A DNA stretch of 64,000 nucleotides from a virus. Lineage: Duplodnaviria; Caudoviricetes. The stretch lies in IMG/VR virus record IMGVR_UViG_3300031993_000007; one strand, 5' to 3'. Positions 58,463 through 64,000 of the stretch are shown here, in pieces. The notes beneath the pieces are model-generated. The model saw nothing but the letters and a program-made list of their open reading frames with translations, was not told where the DNA came from and did no database searches. The translations under genes and the position numbers were made by a program. Position 1 is the stretch's first letter. Each line of letters begins with the position of its first letter.

Positions 58463-58688
58463 ACGGAGATGAGAAATGGATCAAAAATCGAAAAAAACTA
58501 ACAAACAACAACTTGACCAAGTAATAGAAGCCATCTATACTCGTGCAAAGAACACCCAAAACGCCCCTAAATTTGGGGTAATAGCTGATTTGCTGACCCA
58601 TCGTGCTAAGTGACAACATATTTAGCAATACTTTGTGGTCACACAGCCTTTGCTTATTCAGTATAGGTGAACTCAATAATGGACACAG

Positions 58689-59036
58689 TTGTTTGTAGAT
58701 TGTGTTTTATACTCCTCCTTCTTGGCACTACCGCAAGACTTCTACCTCAGTCTTGCGGTAGCTGCTTTTGGAAAAATTATGTCGTCCTATTCATATTTAA
58801 GTACACCTTTAATGCGAAAGAGCTGGGAACGTCTAGCTATGTTCAGAAAAGTTTCGATCGAAACTTTTATCACTAATTCTATAAAGGGAGCTAAAGCAGA
58901 TTTTCTTCCACCTTGGTTAAATGAAGATGGATCTCTAAGCGAAGTTGCTAAGATGTTTCAGCGGATTGCGGATAACGCCAAATTGAATACAAATATTCTG
59001 TCTTTAATCAAGGAATACAAAAAACTTCAAGCGTGA
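58689..59036 (+). CDS. Hypothetical protein, start uncertain
   Basis: 115-aa ORF. Confidence 0.35.
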   Translation: MFVDCVLYSSFLALPQDFYLSLAVAAFGKIMSSYSYLSTPLMRKSWERLAMFRKVSIETFITNSIKGAKADFLPPWLNEDGSLSEVAKMFQRIADNAKLNTNILSLIKEYKKLQA

Positions 59037-59046
59037 AACTCCAAGT

Positions 59047-59238
59047 ATGTCTGAATACCAGACTCTCGTGGATTCCATAACAGATTTCGCCAATAAAATT
59101 GTAGAGTATCTAGGTACAAAGGAAGCTATCCTAGATGTCATAGATCTGCATGACTTGATGATAAATGAGCCAATTAGTCGTGTAGAGCACGGTATTTTCG
59201 ATCAGCTTCATACGCTGTATTCAAAAGCTATGCAATAG
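59047..59238 (+). CDS. Hypothetical protein
   Basis: 63-aa ORF. Confidence 0.45.
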   Translation: MSEYQTLVDSITDFANKIVEYLGTKEAILDVIDLHDLMINEPISRVEHGIFDQLHTLYSKAMQ

Positions 59239-59262
59239 ATATATTACCTTTAGAGGTTTTAT

Positions 59263-59661
59263 ATGTTTAAATCTATGAACGAAAATAATTTTGCGATGAT
59301 TTTCAACCGTTCTTTGGTGTCTAACGACTTTTCAGTCTTTAATCCAGAAACGTGGAAGTACGAGTTTAATACCGTTGGAAAATTCCTTGATAATTTCCTG
59401 AAGACTGTTGACAAAGAAGCTCAAAAAAATTTTGAGTACTTAGTTATTAGTAGACTTGGAAGTATAGAAAATATGGAAGAAAGACGGACGGCTCTTTCTA
59501 GAAAGATGGCGGCTTTCTTTATAACCAATAAACGCCGAGAAATCTTAAACATCATTGAAATGTATAATTTGCTATTACCTTACAGCGATTATGACGAAAA
59601 CATGTCCGAACGAAGCTTGTACGAAACCTTTAAATTCTTATACCAAGAGATTATCCAATGA
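59263..59661 (+). CDS. Hypothetical protein
   Basis: 132 aa, GAGGT RBS, TATATTA at 59240. Confidence 0.6.
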   Translation: MFKSMNENNFAMIFNRSLVSNDFSVFNPETWKYEFNTVGKFLDNFLKTVDKEAQKNFEYLVISRLGSIENMEERRTALSRKMAAFFITNKRREILNIIEMYNLLLPYSDYDENMSERSLYETFKFLYQEIIQ

Positions 59662-59708
59662 TTTTATATTATAACATGCTGTAATGTTGCAGCTGAAAAA
59701 AGGAACAT

Positions 59709-61043
59709 ATGTCAATATTTGATATTCTTACAGAAATCAGAACTACAGCCGGAGCCGCCGGGAAAAAGGCAGTCCTTCGCAAATATACCAGCAACGAGCT
59801 TTTAAAGAAACTGCTGGTAGCGACCGCCAAGGAAACTGATGTAAGATATGGAGTTAAAGCTCTTGAAACTGTTCCAGTCGGAATTAAAACCTTTGAAGAA
59901 ATTTCAGACGAATTGTTCATCCTTCTCGATGACCTAGCAAACCGCAGACTTACTGGAAATGCCGCTAAGACCGCTTGCAGGAATCTTCAGGCACAAATGG
60001 ATGCCAATGCGCAGTGGATCTTTAGTGGAATCATCGCTCGTAACCTGAAGGTTGGCCTTAGCTCTGAAAGCATTAATGAGGTATTTCCGAAACTTATCTC
60101 TGTCTATAAGGTCTCAAGAGCTCATCACATAAACGAAAAGTATCGTGAAATCATTAGATGCAATCCTCAAGAATGGTTCATTAGCCGAAAGATGGATGGC
60201 ATCCGAACTAACATCTGGTTCGACATGAAAGACAACGTGGCTAGCAATGTCAGGATCTTCAGCCGAGAGGGTACCCCGATCTTGACGTTTGACAATCTTA
60301 AAGAGCCAGTCCTCAAAACCTTCAATGATCCAGATGAGTTCTCCTTCATGATGGAAGATGGTACTTATATCCTTGATGGTGAAACTTGTATCATTGACCA
60401 AGAAGGTAAAGAAAACTTCCGTGCGATTATCAGCGAATGGAATAAGAAGAATCACACGGTTGAACACCCATTCTTCATTGTATTGGATCTTATCACTGAA
60501 GAAGAATGGAACGGAACTTCCACATCTCCGAACTTCAAGGAGCGCCATGAATTCCTTAATAGCCTAAGTTGGGATACCAATTTCATGCGAGTCCTTGAAC
60601 AGATTCCGGTCACAAGTATTGAGCAAGTGGATGCCTTCCAACAGAAAGCCGTTGCAAATGGTTGGGAAGGTTCTATGCTCCGTCGTGATCGTCCGTATGT
60701 CCGTGGCGAGAGCTGGGATATGCTCAAGTACAAAGGCGTTTACGATGCCGAATTCCGAGTCAAGAGTCTGGAAATCAGTGATCAGACGTTCTCAGTTGTC
60801 GGAAAAGGCCAGCAGACTTTCAACTGCGTCGCAGCACTCATTATTGACTTCGATGGATTTGAGGTGCGTGTCGGCGGTGGCATGAGTCTTGAAGAAAAGC
60901 TCAGATGGAAGGATCATCCAGAAGAGGTCGTTGGAAAGCTTGTAACAGTGGCTTATAACGAAATCTTCGTTCTAGAGGATGGATCCAAGAGCCTTAGATT
61001 CCCACGCTTGAAAGCGGTAATTGGAACTAAGCGTCTAGCTTAA
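59709..61043 (+). CDS. lig: ATP-dependent DNA ligase
   Basis: SRKMDGIR (KxDG), FSREG, LDGE, WEGSMLR, MLKYK, SLRFPR. Confidence 0.92.
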   Translation: MSIFDILTEIRTTAGAAGKKAVLRKYTSNELLKKLLVATAKETDVRYGVKALETVPVGIKTFEEISDELFILLDDLANRRLTGNAAKTACRNLQAQMDANAQWIFSGIIARNLKVGLSSESINEVFPKLISVYKVSRAHHINEKYREIIRCNPQEWFISRKMDGIRTNIWFDMKDNVASNVRIFSREGTPILTFDNLKEPVLKTFNDPDEFSFMMEDGTYILDGETCIIDQEGKENFRAIISEWNKKNHTVEHPFFIVLDLITEEEWNGTSTSPNFKERHEFLNSLSWDTNFMRVLEQIPVTSIEQVDAFQQKAVANGWEGSMLRRDRPYVRGESWDMLKYKGVYDAEFRVKSLEISDQTFSVVGKGQQTFNCVAALIIDFDGFEVRVGGGMSLEEKLRWKDHPEEVVGKLVTVAYNEIFVLEDGSKSLRFPRLKAVIGTKRLA

Positions 61044-61077
61044 AAAAATAAAGCCTACCTTGCGGTAGGCTAGTTTT

Positions 61078-62076
61078 TTATTTTTCTTTCTCAAGTAGAG
61101 CTTTGATAAGACTGTAGACCACTTGGTTTCCGCAGATTTCTGGAACGACTGTATTGGTTTCCTTGGCTTGGTTTAACCAATCAAGCTCGAACCCGATATC
61201 AAAATAATTCAAGATATCAGTTGCAACCGGGATCTTAGAAAAATTTGCATCAGGAACATGCTCGCCGTTCATACTGAAACCTATGGAGATCTTTCCGTGA
61301 TCATTAGTGAGTCCGTAGAACTGAAGATAATTATCTGTCGTGTTTATTCTGAGCGTTAGACTTTCGCCGTTAAAGCGCTCAATAATCGCAGTGTTAATAT
61401 CCTTATTCTCTCGAACGCAAATGTTACGTTCAGCACCAGTAGCTCCATTTGGGAATGTACTTCGACTGTTTATCAGGCTTTCTCGCATCTGACTAAACAA
61501 CGAACTCCCAAAGAATACGACATCAGGAGTGATATTGCCTCGTCTGTAGCCGTAGCTGTTACTTTCAGTGCTTACAGAATCATTAGAATAAAGTCCTTTG
61601 AACACTTCCAAAAAGTTTTCTGTTTTGGCAATGACTTTCTTTTCGGATCCTGCATCGACATTAACAACAGGGAAAGATGACGCTGACAGCCGTTCAGAAT
61701 CAAAAGTACGAAGAACTTTGGTTTCTTCTCGATCTATCTTAAAGTCAACGAATTTTCCTGAATCGATTCTGGATTCCACAACTTTTACTAAGCAGCCTTT
61801 CCAGAAGTTTTGCTCACTCCAGATAGTGTCAAATTCATTATGATCAAACACTTCTTGGCTGTTTAGCTTCTTTCGAACAGACCTTGTAAAGATTTTTCCG
61901 TCTTTCGTTCGAAGCCTTACATAGACTGAGAAGCAGAATGGAACTTCATGGATTTCTATCGTTAAATAGTCCTCTCCTATCTTAGCTTCAGCAAACTTGT
62001 GGATCTTTGTAGTAATATGCGAAGAGAATTTCTTTATAAGATACTGGCTTTCATATTCACGGATTAATCTTTTCAT
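61078..62076 (-). CDS. Hypothetical protein
   Basis: 332 aa, GGAGG RBS, coupled to the upstream gene. Confidence 0.7.
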   Translation of the reverse strand: MKRLIREYESQYLIKKFSSHITTKIHKFAEAKIGEDYLTIEIHEVPFCFSVYVRLRTKDGKIFTRSVRKKLNSQEVFDHNEFDTIWSEQNFWKGCLVKVVESRIDSGKFVDFKIDREETKVLRTFDSERLSASSFPVVNVDAGSEKKVIAKTENFLEVFKGLYSNDSVSTESNSYGYRRGNITPDVVFFGSSLFSQMRESLINSRSTFPNGATGAERNICVRENKDINTAIIERFNGESLTLRINTTDNYLQFYGLTNDHGKISIGFSMNGEHVPDANFSKIPVATDILNYFDIGFELDWLNQAKETNTVVPEICGNQVVYSLIKALLEKEK

Positions 62077-63242
62077 TATACTTCCTCCATTGCAAAGGCC
62101 TTTGTGGAGCGGACAATTTGAGAGGTCAGAGACACCAGAGGTGCAGTGGCTTCAGCTATCTTCTTTGAACTAGACGGGAACAAAGTCAGTTTCCTGTACT
62201 TGTCTGGATTCGCATTAACCACTTCAAGAATCTCTAAGGCCTTCCTTTCAATCGGATCAAGCACTGTGCGAACGGTGCTGATATCCAAGAAGGAAGTCTT
62301 CATGCCTTGTTGATATTTAGAGAACAATCCGTCTCTGGTCAGACCCAAGCTATGATATTCCTGCCAGTGCATATTATACATGTTGGAATCAAAAAGGCCT
62401 GTGTCAGACAGAAGTTGATCCTTCTGTTTATCAGAGATTTTAACTTTGTTGAAGTCCGGGATATCTCTGTAGCGTTCCCCAAAGATATTGCGGAAAGTGT
62501 TAGAGACGCTAACCCGCATCACTGGCTCAACACAATGGAAATCCTGTGCATGAGAACCCATACGCTTAGTGTCCTTAACACTTACGATATGGAATCTGTC
62601 CAGCCAGAAAACATAAGTTCCATAAACGGCAGAAGACAGCTCAGGAATGAACATCTTATCCAGATCAGTTGGATTCATCAAGTCCATTCCTTCTGGATAA
62701 GTGAGGGACGGCAAGATGATATCGCATTGTCTATAGACCGTGTCATAGTTGTAAGCACTTAGGGGTAGATAGTTGCCTTCAGTATCAAAATTGATACTGA
62801 ATTTTCCGTCATCGAATAAACCCCAGAATTCTGCATTAATGTGGAAATTTCCAAAGCAATACCCAATTGTCTCAGCCGAGTTTGGGAATGCTCTTTCTAG
62901 AAAGATTCCGTCAAGACCTCTGTCGATTTCGTAGTTGTCACCACTGAATTCAAACGTTCTCTTCGGAAAATTCAGGTTCAACTCAACAGTAGATCTACGG
63001 CTTTCAGACTCAAAGTTGAAACGAAACTTTCCAAGATATTCATTACGCCTGTCTATAGCTGAAAAGCTTACAAGAAGCTCATGATCTCCGTCATCAGGAA
63101 ATGGCGTTACCTCGTTATTCCTTGCAGACAAGATCTTAGAGATAAAATCTTTGAAGTCAAAACCACAAGACTCAAAATCATCTCTGCTGATCTGAGTTAT
63201 GAGCCTTGGCTTATAGGTGAAGTTATTTAGTATCATAATCAT
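62076..63242 (-). CDS. Hypothetical protein
   Basis: 388 aa; TATATTAT at 63268-63275. Confidence 0.7.
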   Translation of the reverse strand: MIMILNNFTYKPRLITQISRDDFESCGFDFKDFISKILSARNNEVTPFPDDGDHELLVSFSAIDRRNEYLGKFRFNFESESRRSTVELNLNFPKRTFEFSGDNYEIDRGLDGIFLERAFPNSAETIGYCFGNFHINAEFWGLFDDGKFSINFDTEGNYLPLSAYNYDTVYRQCDIILPSLTYPEGMDLMNPTDLDKMFIPELSSAVYGTYVFWLDRFHIVSVKDTKRMGSHAQDFHCVEPVMRVSVSNTFRNIFGERYRDIPDFNKVKISDKQKDQLLSDTGLFDSNMYNMHWQEYHSLGLTRDGLFSKYQQGMKTSFLDISTVRTVLDPIERKALEILEVVNANPDKYRKLTLFPSSSKKIAEATAPLVSLTSQIVRSTKAFAMEEV

Positions 63243-63302
63243 CCTTGGGTTGAATATTTCACAGAAAATAATATAACCGCGAACCCGAAGGTTCGCGTAT
63301 AT

Positions 63303-63743
63303 TTAGATTCGCACCGGGAAGATTGTTAGATCTTTAATTTCTACAGTCTTCTCCTGTTCTTTAATGGTTGATTCACGAATAGAGTCTAAGACTTCTATAT
63401 CAGTCGGGTTAAAGACTTTGATTCTTCGTCTATTGAAATTCTGATGGGAGATTGTTCCGCTGCTACACAGCACCAGCCACCAGAGATCAGAAGATCCATA
63501 GAAGTCCTTAGCAAACAGCTCAGGCCTATAGAAGTACCTCTCGTCCACATTGGTTCGTATCAGATGGCTGCTAATGATATTCTGAAATCTCTGGAACACA
63601 AGAAGCGGATTGTCCATGACTACCTTGTCATTTTTGAATAACAGATTCAAGGATAGTTTGGAAGCTGTCCACTTGTTAGACTCTGAAGAGGCAATATTCT
63701 GATCGATATAGACGCTTTCTGCACTATCAATAATTCTTTCCAT
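63303..63743 (-). CDS. Baseplate wedge protein (T4 gp53/LysM-like)
   Basis: YRPELFAKDFYGSSDLWWLVL. Confidence 0.7.
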   Translation of the reverse strand: MERIIDSAESVYIDQNIASSESNKWTASKLSLNLLFKNDKVVMDNPLLVFQRFQNIISSHLIRTNVDERYFYRPELFAKDFYGSSDLWWLVLCSSGTISHQNFNRRRIKVFNPTDIEVLDSIRESTIKEQEKTVEIKDLTIFPVRI

Positions 63744-63751
63744 AAATTCCT

Positions 63752-63964
63752 CTAGAATTTCTTGTAGTACATCTGCATCCTTTCAAAGACTTGCCGATTC
63801 CAGTATGTACTCTTGGTTAATGTATAATCAATGGTGCCTTTAGCTTTAGCTTCGTTGTAAGCATCCCAATCAGCAACTTCGTCGAAGAATCTGATAAAGC
63901 GCTTATCCAATTTGGAAGTTCTAACCCACCCACTGAATAAGACATGCCAGAGTTTTCGAAACAT
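63752..63964 (-). CDS. Hypothetical protein
   Basis: 70-aa ORF. Confidence 0.5.
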   Translation of the reverse strand: MFRKLWHVLFSGWVRTSKLDKRFIRFFDEVADWDAYNEAKAKGTIDYTLTKSTYWNRQVFERMQMYYKKF

Positions 63965-64000
63965 TCTCTCTTCAGGAATATTGTCGTAGAAGCTGTCGGC

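Noticed and set aside
58476-59036. Doubly frameshifted gene joining a 45-aa ORF (58476-58613) to 58689-59036
   Set aside because: Both are in one frame and an alternative frame bridges the gap, but no homology is available to support it
1-64000. CRISPR array, tRNAs, inteins, DGR template repeat
   Set aside because: No spaced repeats, cloverleafs, intein motifs, reverse transcriptase or adenine-specific repeat pairs were noticed by eye
1-64000. Host assignment
   Set aside because: SD-type RBSs and moderate GC content are not enough to name a host

Overview
This 64-kb window looks like part of a jumbo phage of the AR9/PBS1 branch of the phiKZ-related viruses. No CRISPR array, tRNA or rRNA was seen. 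Core genes: a GroEL-like chaperonin (partial), a sigma-like promoter-specificity subunit resembling AR9 gp226, split multisubunit RNA polymerase subunits (beta-C, beta'-C and a DFDGD-containing beta'-N), primase, DnaB helicase, SbcCD, SF2 helicase, the catalytic part of a family B DNA polymerase, SSB, RecA/UvsX, a HAD nucleotidase and an ATP-dependent ligase. Virion genes: prohead protease, neck, baseplate and internal head proteins. Accessory genes include a MoxR-vWA pair and an AAA+/M41 protease fusion. Main observations read from the sequence: (1) the RNAP beta-C gene is split by two tandem group I introns flanking a 14-nt micro-exon, and the intron HNH gene carries a Trp-to-amber stop; (2) two phage promoter classes recur, TATATTA-N5-TG (early type) and AAC[A/T]-N6-TG (AR9 late type), and the latter, with the sigma-like subunit, suggests uracil-dependent promoter reading; (3) a free-standing HNH gene has an RBS-sequestering hairpin that a late promoter would relieve; (4) three large-loop 3' RNA structures expose anti-Shine-Dalgarno-like sequences; (5) a paralogous head-protein family shares an MYLDNI N-terminus. 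Family assignments come from motif recognition and recalled knowledge; no database search was run.
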